A stretch of 64,000 bases of DNA from an uncultured Bacteroidales bacterium (lineage in GTDB: Bacteria; Bacteroidota; Bacteroidia; Bacteroidales; P3). Below the pieces are notes generated by a model. The model was not told the origin of the DNA. It did no database searches and saw only the letters and a program-made list of their open reading frames with translations. Below are positions 54,468 through 64,000 of the stretch, piece by piece (the stretch's first letter is position 1; every line of letters starts with the position of its first letter). The stretch lies in NCBI GenBank assembly GCA_947168665.1, contig CAMVMX010000010.1:37400-101399 (forward strand), written 5' to 3'. The translations under genes and the position numbers were made by a program.

Positions 54468-55765
54468 CTCTTCGCAATTGGACTAAGCGAAGTGTCGGAC
54501 GTAAAATCTTCGACATTGTTGTCGGTCTCTTTGCGTTAGCTGGATTCACAATTATAGGAGCCTGGGCTGTTTATCAGCTCGGGCTCACCCATAATAAGGG
54601 CGCCGAGGATCGCAATTCGCGCTATATGCTTTCTGTGTCGGAAATGGAATCCATCAACGATGCAGAGTATACCCCCGAGCAGGTGCAGCGGCGATGGATG
54701 CGCCAGTATGTCAAACTGGCGGTCTTCAGTAAGTTCTTCCCCACCAATGCGCGGTTGATTACTACGGCAGCCCAGTATGGACACGACCCTATGCTGGTAG
54801 ACCGTATGATTGCCGCCTCCGGCCTGTATATTGATGATCTCACGGAATACAACAAGTTGCTGCAAGAGGTCGAGGCCGTGCTGAACCGTGTGCCGCAACA
54901 GCAGCATCCCAATGTCATCACTTGGATGACGGGTGCTGAGTGGCCGGCTCTGAAGGATGCCATTGTGCGCGACAAGGCCCTTATCACTGAGGTGGGACGG
55001 CTGACGGGTGTCGAGCCGCGTTTGATTGTTGGGTGCCTCATTGGTGAGCAGATTAGGTTGTTTAATTCCAATCGCGAGACGGTCAAGAAGTATCTTGGTC
55101 CGGTCAAGGTCCTCAATGTCCAGTCGCAGTTCTCCTATGGGGTCAATGGAATCAAGCTGTCAACAGCCAAGGCTATCGAAGAGCATCTCAAAGACCCTAC
55201 CTCTCCGTACTATATGGGGCCGCGATACGAGCATCTGCTCGACTACACGGTCGAGGGTGCGGCTCAGGACGACGAGCGTTACAACCGCCTCGTTGACTAC
55301 CGCAACCATCTCTACTCCTATCTTTATACTGCCTGCATTCTTCATCAGACTATGCTCCAGTGGAAACGGGCGGGATATGACATCAGCGACCGCCCCGACA
55401 TCCTGTTTACCCTGTTCAATGTGGGATTTGCCCAGTCCGTACCTAAGCCGAACCCCGTGTGTGGCGGCAGCCATATCAAAATCCATGGCCAGACATACAC
55501 TTTCGGTGCCATTGGCTTTGATTTCTATTATTCGGGTGAATTGGTAGAAGATTTTCCGTTCTGGCGTCAGCGGTTCATCCCTGGCGACAAAGAGCTCACA
55601 GACGAAGAGATTGCCTATATCCAAGGCAGTGTAAGCAATTGCAAACGTCCGCCACGGGGGTGGGAGTATGTCAAGAAAGACAGCGTCGCGGCACCTCAGC
55701 AACCCGATGCACCCATCTATGTTGAGGAAGAAGATGAATTTGCCGGTACCTATGCCAACGAATAG
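54446..55765 (+). CDS. Hypothetical membrane-anchored protein
   Basis: 439 aa with one N-terminal TM (IFDIVVGLFALAGFTIIGAWAVY). Overlaps the nhaD 3' end by 22 nt. No family recognised. Confidence 0.5.
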   Translation: MASRFSIALRNWTKRSVGRKIFDIVVGLFALAGFTIIGAWAVYQLGLTHNKGAEDRNSRYMLSVSEMESINDAEYTPEQVQRRWMRQYVKLAVFSKFFPTNARLITTAAQYGHDPMLVDRMIAASGLYIDDLTEYNKLLQEVEAVLNRVPQQQHPNVITWMTGAEWPALKDAIVRDKALITEVGRLTGVEPRLIVGCLIGEQIRLFNSNRETVKKYLGPVKVLNVQSQFSYGVNGIKLSTAKAIEEHLKDPTSPYYMGPRYEHLLDYTVEGAAQDDERYNRLVDYRNHLYSYLYTACILHQTMLQWKRAGYDISDRPDILFTLFNVGFAQSVPKPNPVCGGSHIKIHGQTYTFGAIGFDFYYSGELVEDFPFWRQRFIPGDKELTDEEIAYIQGSVSNCKRPPRGWEYVKKDSVAAPQQPDAPIYVEEEDEFAGTYANE

Positions 55766-56117
55766 TGTGTCAGTGTTATACGGAATAGTTGCCAAATGGG
55801 TGCGATAATGTTCTTCTTTTTTATGCCTAAAATGCTGATTCACTCCCTTTCACGAACCTCAATTAGTTGTAATGAGACGTCATGAGAGATAAAAAGTTTG
55901 ATGAGCAAGTTGTTGTAAATAATATACTTGTGTTATTATGGAAGAAATTTTCGCTTCAAACGTTTGATAATTCAAAAAAAAGTAGTAATTTTGCAACCGC
56001 TTTTGAGGGAATAGTAGCAGATTGTTGATGCTCGTTCTGCGCAGTTTCTCTCCGAGCAAAAGCTAACAAAACCGTATTACGGTTGTTTCAAAGAACAAAG
56101 TAGCAATAGTATAAAAA

Positions 56118-56306
56118 ATGGCAAAGAAAAACAAGGACGCAAGAGTGCAGGTAATTCTCGAATGCACCGAGCAGAAGAATAGCGGTGTTCCCGGCATGAG
56201 CCGCTACGTCACCACCAAGAATAAAAAGAATACTCCTGAACGTCTGGAGTTGAAAAAGTACAATCCGTACTTGAAGAAAATGACTGTCCACAAAGAAATC
56301 AAATAA
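56118..56306 (+). CDS. rpmG: 50S ribosomal protein L33
   Basis: [62 protein letters not shown]. Confidence 0.9.
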   Translation: MAKKNKDARVQVILECTEQKNSGVPGMSRYVTTKNKKNTPERLELKKYNPYLKKMTVHKEIK

Positions 56307-56326
56307 AGAATAGGAGATAGATAACT

Positions 56327-56482
56327 ATGGCAAAAAAAGTTGTTGCAACCCTTAAGACCGCTACTGGTAAGAGCTATGCCAAAGTAATCCGTATGGTCCG
56401 CTCTCCGAAAACCAATGCTTATACCTTCCAAGAGACTGTCGTTCCCTCTGATCAGGTTCAAGAATTCCTGAAACAGAAATAG
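56327..56482 (+). CDS. DUF4295 family small protein
   Basis: Manual translation gives MAKKVVATLKTATGKSYAKVIRMVRSPKTNAYTFQETVVPSDQVQEFLKQK (51 aa, below the ORF-track cutoff). This is the usual partner downstream of rpmG in Bacteroidetes. Confidence 0.75.
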   Translation: MAKKVVATLKTATGKSYAKVIRMVRSPKTNAYTFQETVVPSDQVQEFLKQK

Positions 56483-56533
56483 ATATAGATAGAGCACAGT
56501 AATAATATTTTTTTTCATACGCTTTTGTTTTAC

Positions 56534-56560
56534 CCTCCGTTGTGAAACGGGGGTTTTTTA
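56534..56560 (+). terminator. Rho-independent terminator after the rpmG operon
   Basis: ccctccgtt gtga aacggggg followed by a T6 run. Confidence 0.7.
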
Positions 56561-56847
56561 TTTTTGCCCCCTGACATTGGCGGCAGCATTTGCTCGGCGC
56601 GTGGCGGATTGTGCCGTTTTTGAGCCTGTCGACCCCAGGCGTGGTCCCCATGTCATGGTGGGCGAAATCGTGCCGCAGAGAGGCTCTTCTGGCCCAAATC
56701 GGGCCATGTTGCGGATTCTGTGTGATAACAATTAGTCAGCCCTCCATCGAAAGGCAAAGCCAAAAGATGGAGGGCTGATAGATTTTAGCACCGATGTTGG
56801 TGACTTTCGATGGGACGATGCTTTTTGGCGCGTCAGCAGTGGATTTG

Positions 56848-57705
56848 CTATGACCCGAAGTGAAGCTTAAGGTCTTGGAGTTTCTTCTCCCTTCCACGTT
56901 TCCACACTTCGGTGATACACTCTTTAGTAGAGAGCGGAAACTCTGCTTTCATCATCCAGTCATAATAAGCGGGTTCGTTGCTGAACACAGATTCAAGAGT
57001 TTTCCCTTTGTGTTTGCCAAAGTTAAATATTTCGCGGTGCTGTTTGTCGTAGCCTATGTGTCCTACAAGATCGGCCCATTGGCTGTTGGACGTAAATTGG
57101 CTGAGTCGTTCCATGTCGTTGACTATGGGTTTGCTGACCGACCCGTCAGGGGCGGTATATTCGCAGTCCTGATAGCGGTCCAGCTGCGCCATAAGCACCT
57201 CGTAGGTGGCCAGAGTGTCGGCATCGGCTGTATGGGCGTGGTCCAGATTCTTGCCGCAATAGAACTTGTATGCGGCCTTCAGGGTGCGCTGCTCCATCTT
57301 GTGGAAGATGTTTTGCACATCAATAAGACGGCGGCACTTGAGGTCAAAATGGTGTCCGCAGCGGAGAAACTCTTCCACCAGCATGGGAACATCAAACTTG
57401 TTGGAGTTGTAGCCTGCGATATCGGCGTCGCCAATGAAATGGGCAATCTCATCCACCTTTTGGGCGAATGTGGGCTTGTCGGCGACGTCGGCGTCGCTAA
57501 TCCCGTGAATGGCAGTGGTGACTTCGGGGATGTGGATGGTTTTGCCTTGGGTGTCAACAGGGCGAAGGCGTTGGACGTACTGCTCGGAACTTTGGTCGGG
57601 GTTGACTTTGTAGAGGCATATCTCGACGATGTGGTCGCTTCCGACGTTCACACCAGTTGTCTCGAGGTCGAAAAATACGATGGGTTTTTCTAAGTTGAGT
57701 AACAT
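56848..57705 (-). CDS. DEDD 3'-5' exonuclease (DnaQ/epsilon-like) with ExoX-like C-terminal domain
   Basis: FFDLETTG (Exo I), IAGYNSNKFDVPML (Exo II), HTADADTLATYEV (Exo III) and C-terminal FNFGKHKGKTLESV. Confidence 0.8.
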   Translation of the reverse strand: MLLNLEKPIVFFDLETTGVNVGSDHIVEICLYKVNPDQSSEQYVQRLRPVDTQGKTIHIPEVTTAIHGISDADVADKPTFAQKVDEIAHFIGDADIAGYNSNKFDVPMLVEEFLRCGHHFDLKCRRLIDVQNIFHKMEQRTLKAAYKFYCGKNLDHAHTADADTLATYEVLMAQLDRYQDCEYTAPDGSVSKPIVNDMERLSQFTSNSQWADLVGHIGYDKQHREIFNFGKHKGKTLESVFSNEPAYYDWMMKAEFPLSTKECITEVWKRGREKKLQDLKLHFGS

Positions 57706-57751
57706 AGCTATTTGAGTGGATGTTGTTGTCTGGATAGGTTCAGAAGCCGGG

Positions 57752-58570
57752 CTACCGGTTTGTGGCCGCCTGGTGTATGCGCTTCAAGGTTTGCAGGAGA
57801 TCTTCAGCCAGGTCGAGACGCAGCATGTTGGCTCCGTCCGATTTTGCCACTGCGGGGTTGGGGTGGGTCTCCATGAAGATGCCGTCGCACCCTACGGCAA
57901 CGGCAGCCCGGCCAATAGTCTCAATCATTTCCGGATTGCCGCCGGTCACCCCCGATGTCTGGTTGGGCCGCTGCAGCGAGTGGGTGATGTCCACCACCAC
58001 CGGAACCCGGTTCTTCTGCATAACCGGGATGCCGCGGAAGTCCACAACCAAGTCCTGATAGCCGAAAGTCGTGCCGCGCTCGGTGAGCATGATGTTGCGG
58101 TTGCCGAAATAAGTGATTTTGTCGACGGCGTGTGTCATGGCTTCGGGCGAGAGGAACTGGCCCTTTTTGACATTCACGCAGCGGCCGGTCTTGGCGGCAG
58201 CCTCGAGCAGCGAAGTCTGCCGGCACAGGAACGCTGGAATTTGCAGCACATCAACGTATGGGGCAGCCGTTGCAGCCTCCTGCTCAGAGTGGATGTCCGT
58301 CACCACTGGGATGCCGTAGCGTTGGCGGATGGCGCTGAGGATGTCCAGTCCGGCCTGGTCGCCGATGCCGGTGAAGGAGTCGATGCGCGAGCGGTTTGCC
58401 TTGCGGTAAGAGGCTTTGAACGCAAAGGGGATGGCAAGGCGTTGAGTAATGGTTAGCAGTTTTTCGGCGATGAGGAAAGGGCTTTCCTCATCCTCTATGA
58501 CACAAGGACCGGCAATTAAAAAGAAATTGCCGGTCTCAGTGTGTTGTAAATTGTCTAAAAAAGGATACAT
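57752..58570 (-). CDS. kdsA: 3-deoxy-8-phosphooctulonate synthase
   Basis: FLIAGPCVIE...FKASYRKANRSS-like...VNVKKGQF...VVDITHSLQ are typical KdsA motifs. Confidence 0.85.
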   Translation of the reverse strand: MYPFLDNLQHTETGNFFLIAGPCVIEDEESPFLIAEKLLTITQRLAIPFAFKASYRKANRSRIDSFTGIGDQAGLDILSAIRQRYGIPVVTDIHSEQEAATAAPYVDVLQIPAFLCRQTSLLEAAAKTGRCVNVKKGQFLSPEAMTHAVDKITYFGNRNIMLTERGTTFGYQDLVVDFRGIPVMQKNRVPVVVDITHSLQRPNQTSGVTGGNPEMIETIGRAAVAVGCDGIFMETHPNPAVAKSDGANMLRLDLAEDLLQTLKRIHQAATNR

Positions 58571-58618
58571 GAATTCTCTTAGGGGAGGTGTGCGGGAGTT
58601 TGTGATGGGCGCAGATCC

Positions 58619-59095
58619 TTAAAAGTTAGTGTCGATGTTGTCAATGTCGCTTGTCGTATCGTCGATGGTGTTGTCGTTGTCGTCGTTTTCATACTCCTCG
58701 CGGCGGCGCGAACTGCCTCGTTGCAGCGAAATGATGAGGGCACCGATCATGCGGGTGAGCTCCATGAGGTACTCACGCGACTGCTCGCATGTCTCATCAT
58801 CGAACAGGCCGATGTTGTGGGCGATGGCAGTGTAGACGATGCACTCGCGGATGGCGGATTTTGAGATTTTCAGGTAGTGCTCAAACTGGTTCTTGTTGCG
58901 CGAGGAGCCTTCTGCGATATTCAGGGCGATGTCGTAGGAGGAGTGGCAAAAAGAGTTGACAAGATTGCGCTGCATGTCGTTCTCGGGTTGCCCGATGTTG
59001 TTGATAATCCATGTGCTGAAGTCAGTGGCTTTGGCATAAATGCGAAGATCCTCGAATCGGAAAAAGCTCACGGGTTTTTCTTGTGTGTTGTCCAT
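58619..59095 (-). CDS. Four-helix-bundle protein (TIGR02436, 23S rRNA IVS-protein family) with acidic D/N-rich tail
   Basis: FRFEDLRIYAKATDFSTWI...IALNIAEGSSR...YLKISKSAIRECI. C-terminus EEYENDDNDNTIDDTTSDIDNIDTNF. Confidence 0.7.
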   Translation of the reverse strand: MDNTQEKPVSFFRFEDLRIYAKATDFSTWIINNIGQPENDMQRNLVNSFCHSSYDIALNIAEGSSRNKNQFEHYLKISKSAIRECIVYTAIAHNIGLFDDETCEQSREYLMELTRMIGALIISLQRGSSRRREEYENDDNDNTIDDTTSDIDNIDTNF

Positions 59096-59200
59096 GATGT
59101 GATAGTGTTTACATTATTAATTCAATTGTTCAATTCGTTGGGGGCTATAACATTGAGTTTTTTCTTCTCTACAGTGCAACGCTCTTGAAACTCATTGGTA

Positions 59201-60184
59201 CTATTTGATTTCTGCAAAATAATTCATAAACTGGGTGCGCATCAGCATACTGGCCTTGTCGTTCTGGGTGAGGGCCAGCTTGCCGCGGAACTGGTCGAGG
59301 TTCTCATACCCCTTCGCCTCCATCCAGCTTTTCAGCCCTGCGTTCAGCTCCTTGACATACTCCACCCCGTTGCGGTAGAGGCTCGAAGCCACCTGTATTG
59401 CTGTGGCGCCCGCAAGCAGCAGCTTGACTACATCGTGGGCGTTGCTCACACCGGTGGTGGCGCAGAGGTCGCAGCGCAGTTTCTTGCTCAGGATTGCTGT
59501 CCAGCGCAGCGTGTTGTAAATCTCGCCCGGCTGAGTCAGCGAGTCGGCGTTGCGGAGGCATTCCTCGTCAATGTCGATGTCGACCTGAAGCGACTTGTTG
59601 AACATCGTGATGCCCTGCACACCCGACCACGAAAGCTGTTGCATGAACTTGGCCAGGTCGGTGAAATAAGTACCCACCTTGATGCTGATAGGGATGGAAA
59701 TCGACTTGCGCAGCGACTGGATGATGTTGCTGAACGTGCGTTCCACATCATCGGCCGAAAGCGAAGTGTCGAAAGGCATGATGGCCATATTCAGCTCCAG
59801 CGCATCGCAGCCAGTGTCTTGGAATTGTTTGGCGTAAGTAATCCAGTTCTCGTGCGAGAAACAGTTGATACTTCCAATCACCGGGACCGAAAGTTTCGAC
59901 TTGGCCTCCTTTATCAGCGAGAAATACTTCGACACCGAGTCGGCAGCCACATGCTGGGCTATGTACTCATAGCTGTCGCCATAGTTGCCCACAGGGGCGT
60001 GGATATGGGTGTTCCGCTTTATATCATATATAATCTGTTCCTCAAAGATGGATTTCAGCACCACCGCACCCACACCGCACTCCTCCATTTTCATGAGGTT
60101 GTCGATGTTGGCCGTGAGGCCGCAACTGCCCGCAATGATAGGGCTGTTGAGCTCCATGCCGAGATATTTTGTCTTTGTGTTCAT
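59201..60184 (-). CDS. Dihydroorotate dehydrogenase-like protein
   Basis: YLGMELNSPIIAGSCGLT...GAVVLKSIFEEQI...VPVIGSIN... shows the class-1 DHOD-like TIM-barrel pattern. Confidence 0.7.
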   Translation of the reverse strand: MNTKTKYLGMELNSPIIAGSCGLTANIDNLMKMEECGVGAVVLKSIFEEQIIYDIKRNTHIHAPVGNYGDSYEYIAQHVAADSVSKYFSLIKEAKSKLSVPVIGSINCFSHENWITYAKQFQDTGCDALELNMAIMPFDTSLSADDVERTFSNIIQSLRKSISIPISIKVGTYFTDLAKFMQQLSWSGVQGITMFNKSLQVDIDIDEECLRNADSLTQPGEIYNTLRWTAILSKKLRCDLCATTGVSNAHDVVKLLLAGATAIQVASSLYRNGVEYVKELNAGLKSWMEAKGYENLDQFRGKLALTQNDKASMLMRTQFMNYFAEIK

Positions 60185-60430
60185 AATCTCATTTTTTTTG
60201 GTATTCTATTCATAAAAATCCAATTTGCAAAGATAGATAAAAAATGCAATTAAAACTTTTTTTTTTCGAAAAAAAAGCCTGTTGTGAATATAATGTTCTC
60301 GAAATTAGAATATTGTGAAATGTTAAATTTTCCTTGCCGTCCCGAAATGCCCTTGAGAATAAAATTTATTTCGTCTCAATGGAAAAAAATGACTAATTTT
60401 GCACTCTCGAAAAATCAAAAATACTACATA

Positions 60431-61099
60431 ATGAAAGAGAATAACGAAGAGAAAAACCTTGAGGTTGGCGGCGTTATCGCCAAAACCGAACAGTACATCA
60501 GAAAGAACAAAAAAATGCTCACCGCCGTAGGTTGCGCCGTCGTCGTGGTGGCTTTGGCCATCTGGGCCTACGTCGCTCTTGTGGCTCAGCCCCGCCAAGT
60601 CCGTGCTGCCGAAGACATGTTTGCTGCCGAGCAGTGGTTCAACGAAGGCGACTTCGAGAAGGCCCTCAACGGCAACGACGAGTTCATGGGCTTCAACGCC
60701 GTCATCGACGAGTATGGCTGCACCAAGTCTGCCAATCTGGCCAAGTATTACGCCGGCATCTGCGAACTCAACCTTGGCAACTACGACCAAGCCATCGACC
60801 GTCTCAAGTCCTATAAGGGCAAAGACCTCTTCACCGGTGCCCTGGCCCAGATGCTCATCGGCGATGCCTATGCCGAGAAAGGCAGCCCCGCCGAAGCCGT
60901 CAAATATTACGAGAAAGCCGCTGACTGCAGCTCCGACAACTACACCGTCGCCCCGGTTGCCCTCTGGAAAGCCGGCATGATGTACCTCCAGCAGAACGAC
61001 AAAGCCGGTGCCACCAAAGCCTTCCAGAAAATCAAAGACAACTATCCCGAAAGCCCCGAGTGGAACGAAGTAGACAAATATCTGGCCCTCGCCGAATAA
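60431..61099 (+). CDS. Tetratricopeptide-repeat membrane-anchored protein (YfgM-like)
   Basis: Start taken at MKENNEEKNLE (ATG 60431). One TM (LTAVGCAVVVVALAIWAYVAL) followed by TPR-like helices. A TAATTTTG box lies ~30 nt upstream. Confidence 0.65.
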   Translation: MKENNEEKNLEVGGVIAKTEQYIRKNKKMLTAVGCAVVVVALAIWAYVALVAQPRQVRAAEDMFAAEQWFNEGDFEKALNGNDEFMGFNAVIDEYGCTKSANLAKYYAGICELNLGNYDQAIDRLKSYKGKDLFTGALAQMLIGDAYAEKGSPAEAVKYYEKAADCSSDNYTVAPVALWKAGMMYLQQNDKAGATKAFQKIKDNYPESPEWNEVDKYLALAE

Positions 61100-61116
61100 G
61101 ACTGATTTCAGTCCTG

Positions 61117-61160
61117 AAAACGAAGCAGCCTCCATTCCTGGAGGCTGCTTCGTTTTTATC
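61117..61160. terminator. Bidirectional rho-independent terminator
   Basis: aaaacgaagcagcctcc attcct ggaggctgcttcgtttt, a 17-bp stem flanked by A and T runs, between convergent genes. Confidence 0.8.
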
Positions 61161-61179
61161 TCATGGATTGGAATAAGCT

Positions 61180-62202
61180 TCATTCCGTAGTTGAGAACCG
61201 ATAAACCGAATGGCTTTCAAACCGTTCGCCGGGGTTAAGGAACGGGTTCGACTCCACCCAGTTGTGGTTCGGGCTGTCGGGATACTTTTGCGTCTCCAGA
61301 CACACGGCGCTGCGCCGTCCATAGGCCGTCCCGCCTTTCCCCACCACACTTCCGTCCAGGAAATTACCCGTATACACCTGCATCCCCGGTTCGGTCGTGA
61401 ACACCTCCAGGGCAATACCCGTCGCCGGGCTCTCCAATCGGGCGCACGGGCGGCTCATATCCCCCCTATGGTTCAACACCCAGCAGTGGTCATAGCCGCT
61501 GCCGTTGCGCAGCTGCACATCCTCCTTGTCGATATCGAGGCCGATGGTCTTGGGTAGGCGGAAATCAAACGGCGTATTCTCCACCCCGACCATCATTCCA
61601 AGCGGCAGGCTGGTGGGGTCGATAGGCAAATAGCGGTCGGCATCGATTGTCAGCACATGATTCATCGCCGACCCCTGTGCGCTCCCGTTGAGATTAAAAT
61701 AGCTGTGGTTCGTCATATTGATGACCGTGGGTGCATCCGTCGTGGCCGAATAGTCTATCGCCAAGGCGTTGTCGTCCGTCAGCCGGTAGACCATCTCCAC
61801 CCGCACCCTGCCCGGGAAACCGTTGTCCCCGTCGGGGCTCTCCAGCACCATCTTAATCGAACTGCCGGAGGCGTTCACCACCTCAAACGGCCTGTACTGC
61901 CATCCGTCAGGCCCCCCATGCAGGCAATGGGGCCCGTTGTTCTGCGGCAGCTGCCATTCCCGTCCGCCAATCGCCAGCCTCCCGTTCCCAATCCGGTTGG
62001 CATAGCGACCTATGGCTGCGCCAAAGTCGCCCAGGTGGTTCTCCTTCCGGTACTCCTCAGCCCGGTCATACCCCAGCACCACATCCTGCCATTCTCCCTG
62101 CCGGTCGGCAACCACCAGCTGCATTATGCGTCCGCCATAGTTCGTCACCACAGCCCGTATCCCGTTCTTATTGCTTAGCACATAAGTTTTCATAATCTCC
62201 AT
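61180..62202 (-). CDS. galM: Galactose mutarotase (aldose 1-epimerase)
   Basis: NKNGIRAVVTNYGGRIMQL...GRYANRIGNGRL...HGGPDGW...TNHSYFNL are typical motifs. The start is either 62202 or 62193. Confidence 0.85.
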   Translation of the reverse strand: MEIMKTYVLSNKNGIRAVVTNYGGRIMQLVVADRQGEWQDVVLGYDRAEEYRKENHLGDFGAAIGRYANRIGNGRLAIGGREWQLPQNNGPHCLHGGPDGWQYRPFEVVNASGSSIKMVLESPDGDNGFPGRVRVEMVYRLTDDNALAIDYSATTDAPTVINMTNHSYFNLNGSAQGSAMNHVLTIDADRYLPIDPTSLPLGMMVGVENTPFDFRLPKTIGLDIDKEDVQLRNGSGYDHCWVLNHRGDMSRPCARLESPATGIALEVFTTEPGMQVYTGNFLDGSVVGKGGTAYGRRSAVCLETQKYPDSPNHNWVESNPFLNPGERFESHSVYRFSTTE

Positions 62203-62227
62203 TCTTTGCTGTTCAGAACCAAGTGCA

Positions 62228-62599
62228 TCAAAGTGTCTCGCCCAACAGCCGGGCCGCGCACGCCACAAGGTCGTTGCATGAGTGTTCGCGCCCCTGCTTC
62301 TGCAGCAGACTGAAACAGTTCAGGTCGCCGTTCTCCTCGCGGAACCGGTTGCCCAGCCCCTTCACCATCATCGTTTGGTCGAGCAAGCCGCACACCAGCG
62401 CCATGCCCGTCACACAGCCGCACGTCTCTTTCAGTCCCGATATGCCCCGGCCGAAAGCCGAAGCCATCTGCGCCGCCGCCTGTTCGTCGACGGGCAGCAG
62501 GTCGGCATAAGCCAGCACCACCGACTGGCAGCAGTTGCAGCCCTGCTCGTGCAGTTGGCGGGCTCTGCCCACGCGTCGTTCAATTTCTACTTTATCCAT
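62228..62599 (-). CDS. C_GCAxxG_C_C family protein
   Basis: GCNCCQSVVLAYADLL...TCGCVTGMALVCGL. Confidence 0.75.
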   Translation of the reverse strand: MDKVEIERRVGRARQLHEQGCNCCQSVVLAYADLLPVDEQAAAQMASAFGRGISGLKETCGCVTGMALVCGLLDQTMMVKGLGNRFREENGDLNCFSLLQKQGREHSCNDLVACAARLLGETL

Positions 62600-62816
62600 A
62601 TTTCAGTTTCCTTTCATTGTTGGTTTGTAACCTGTTGATATCCGTGACGCTTAAATCGCGCGGTCCCGCAAACCTTCCCTCCGGGCGGACGGCCACCCGC
62701 ATGTCGTGGCGCTGCTGGCCGAAAAAGCAAGGGCGGCAAAGTGTTGTGCGACTTTTCGCGCTGCGTCTTCAGAATGCAAAGATACAATATTTTTTTCATC
62801 TGTCCGTTATTGGGGC

Positions 62817-63380
62817 ATGAAAAAAGCACTCATTGCACTCCTGCTGGTCCTCCCGCTCTGTCTCGCGGCGCAGGACTACGATTTCGCCAAAAAAATTGGC
62901 GGCAACACTCTCTATTTCTACATCACCTCCACCGGTGGCAAAAACGGCCCCACTGTCGAGGTGACCTATCCCGGTGGCAGCGAGGAGCAGCCCTGGAAAG
63001 GGTTCCGAAAGCCCAGCGGCCAGCTCGCCATACCCGAAACCGTCACCCCCGACCGCTCGCGTGGGCGCAATGCCGACCCCGACGACGACGATACCACCGT
63101 CTACACCGTCACCTCCATCCGCTATTTTGCCTTTGCCGGGTGCGACCGCATCAAGCGGCTCACCCTTCCGCCCACCATCCGCGACATCGGCGAGGGGGCT
63201 TTCGCCGGCTGCAAACGGATGGAGTACATCGTATCCCAGGCGGCTGTGCCTCCCCGGCTTGACGAGTCCTCTTTCGACCAAGTCGACCTCGACATCCCCC
63301 TCCGTGTCCCCACTGGCACATACGAGCAGTATCACGAGGCTGTCGGCTGGCGGCTCTTCACCGAGATTGTCGAGTACTGA
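62817..63380 (+). CDS. Leucine-rich-repeat (BspA-type) secreted protein
   Basis: Start taken at MKKALIALLLVLPLCLAAQ (ATG 62817). SIRYFAFAGCDRIKRLTLPPTIRDIGEGAFAGCKRMEYI is an LRR_5-like repeat. Confidence 0.65.
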   Translation: MKKALIALLLVLPLCLAAQDYDFAKKIGGNTLYFYITSTGGKNGPTVEVTYPGGSEEQPWKGFRKPSGQLAIPETVTPDRSRGRNADPDDDDTTVYTVTSIRYFAFAGCDRIKRLTLPPTIRDIGEGAFAGCKRMEYIVSQAAVPPRLDESSFDQVDLDIPLRVPTGTYEQYHEAVGWRLFTEIVEY

Positions 63381-63562
63381 GCATCCTCTTCACTCCGTTT
63401 TCATCGCGCCGCTCTGAGTGGCCCGCCGCGTCGTTCTCGGTTCGCCCGTTGTTCAATAATGGTGCGACGCGTACTTGTCAGTTACACTTGCAGCGCGGGT
63501 ATAACCGACGGGTTTGTTGTGTGGAATAGGTGTGTAAGGAGTGGACTTGCTGGGTGGCGGGC

Positions 63563-64000
63563 CTAATGCTTCAGCTGGTTGAACCGCGTGCTGCGCCGTG
63601 TGGGGTGCGATTTGGCGAGGGCGGGGAAGTACTGCTCCAGATTGCGGTCGATGCGTTTGTCGATACTGAGGTTTGACGGCGTGGCGGCGAGACTGTCGCG
63701 CACGGCTTGAATCTCGTCGGGGTCGTAGCAGAGTTCCAGCAGGGCCCGGTTGATGAAACCGCCTCCCAGGTTGTAGAGTGACACGGTGCAGTGGGAAATC
63801 ATCACATAGTCGGCGTCGAGCAGTTGTTCGACGAGGTCTATGTCGGCCACGTTGTCGTAGTCCGGGTCGTAGTAGATGGTGCTGAAGTAGTACCAGTAGC
63901 GGAAGTGCGCGAAAAGTTCCTGGATGGGGAAGTTGTAGAGGATGTTCCAGAAGAAGGAGTCGCCGATGACCACGAGCGAGGGGTTGCGGGCCGGGATGGG
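63563..64000 (-). CDS. Hypothetical protein, C-terminal part (gene continues beyond the window edge)
   Basis: The reading frame is open from 64000 down to the stop at 63563 (…PSLVVIGDSFFWNILYNF…). Function not recognised. Confidence 0.4.
   Translation of the reverse strand, partial: PIPARNPSLVVIGDSFFWNILYNFPIQELFAHFRYWYYFSTIYYDPDYDNVADIDLVEQLLDADYVMISHCTVSLYNLGGGFINRALLELCYDPDEIQAVRDSLAATPSNLSIDKRIDRNLEQYFPALAKSHPTRRSTRFNQLKH

Noticed and set aside
59195-61183. ORFs 59195..60253 (+, 352 aa) and 60323..61183 (-, 286 aa)
   Set aside because: They are antisense to the DHOD-like gene and the TPR gene. They are shadow frames without motifs, and the second crosses the strong bidirectional terminator.

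Overview
This 64-kb chromosomal segment looks Bacteroidales-like. TAnnTTTG -7 promoter boxes sit ahead of many genes, lipoprotein signal peptides are common, and there is a CarboxypepD_reg-type TonB-dependent receptor, a long-form YidC and an rpmG-DUF4295 pair. About 75 genes are supportable. Two blocks are ordinary. The first (0.3-20 kb) holds the TonB receptor, Dus, a Cas4-like nuclease, LOG, a flavin reductase, two AraC regulators flanking an activase/dehydratase-like plus CrtC-like operon, and a frameshifted EamA transporter. The second (39-64 kb) holds dgkA, split transketolase genes, a RhuM-Fic operon, YjbH barrels, a VWA protein, YidC, NhaD, rpmG, an exonuclease, KdsA and GalM. The main interest is a compositionally mosaic accessory island of about 19 kb (roughly 20.0-39.0 kb). 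All 24 of its genes are on the minus strand, and no integrase, transposase or tRNA is visible. It contains (i) a decayed AbiH gene, (ii) a complete type I R-M operon, hsdM-yhcG-hsdS-lipoprotein-hsdR, and (iii) a DUF2971 remnant. It also contains (iv) an integron-like array of small unrelated genes, each preceded by a copy of a modular conserved leader repeat. Eight copies are clear and a ninth is degenerate. They carry dyad-symmetric boxes that change symmetrically between copies, and one leader has a 4 x 41-bp tandem array of perfect palindromes. A frameshifted DinJ/YafQ module sits inside the array. Finally, (v) a tight block of lipoprotein genes shares near-identical signal-peptide DNA but has unrelated mature domains. 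The array resembles recombinase-associated orphan-immunity (rAID-like) or integron logic, but no recombinase is in view. I consider it the best candidate for an undescribed system. Other points worth a second look are a ~205-nt nested inverted-repeat or structured-RNA element at 4749-4953, transketolase N- and C-subunit genes separated by 9.2 kb of cargo, and several frameshifted or decayed genes. All family calls come from motif recognition by eye; no database search was run.
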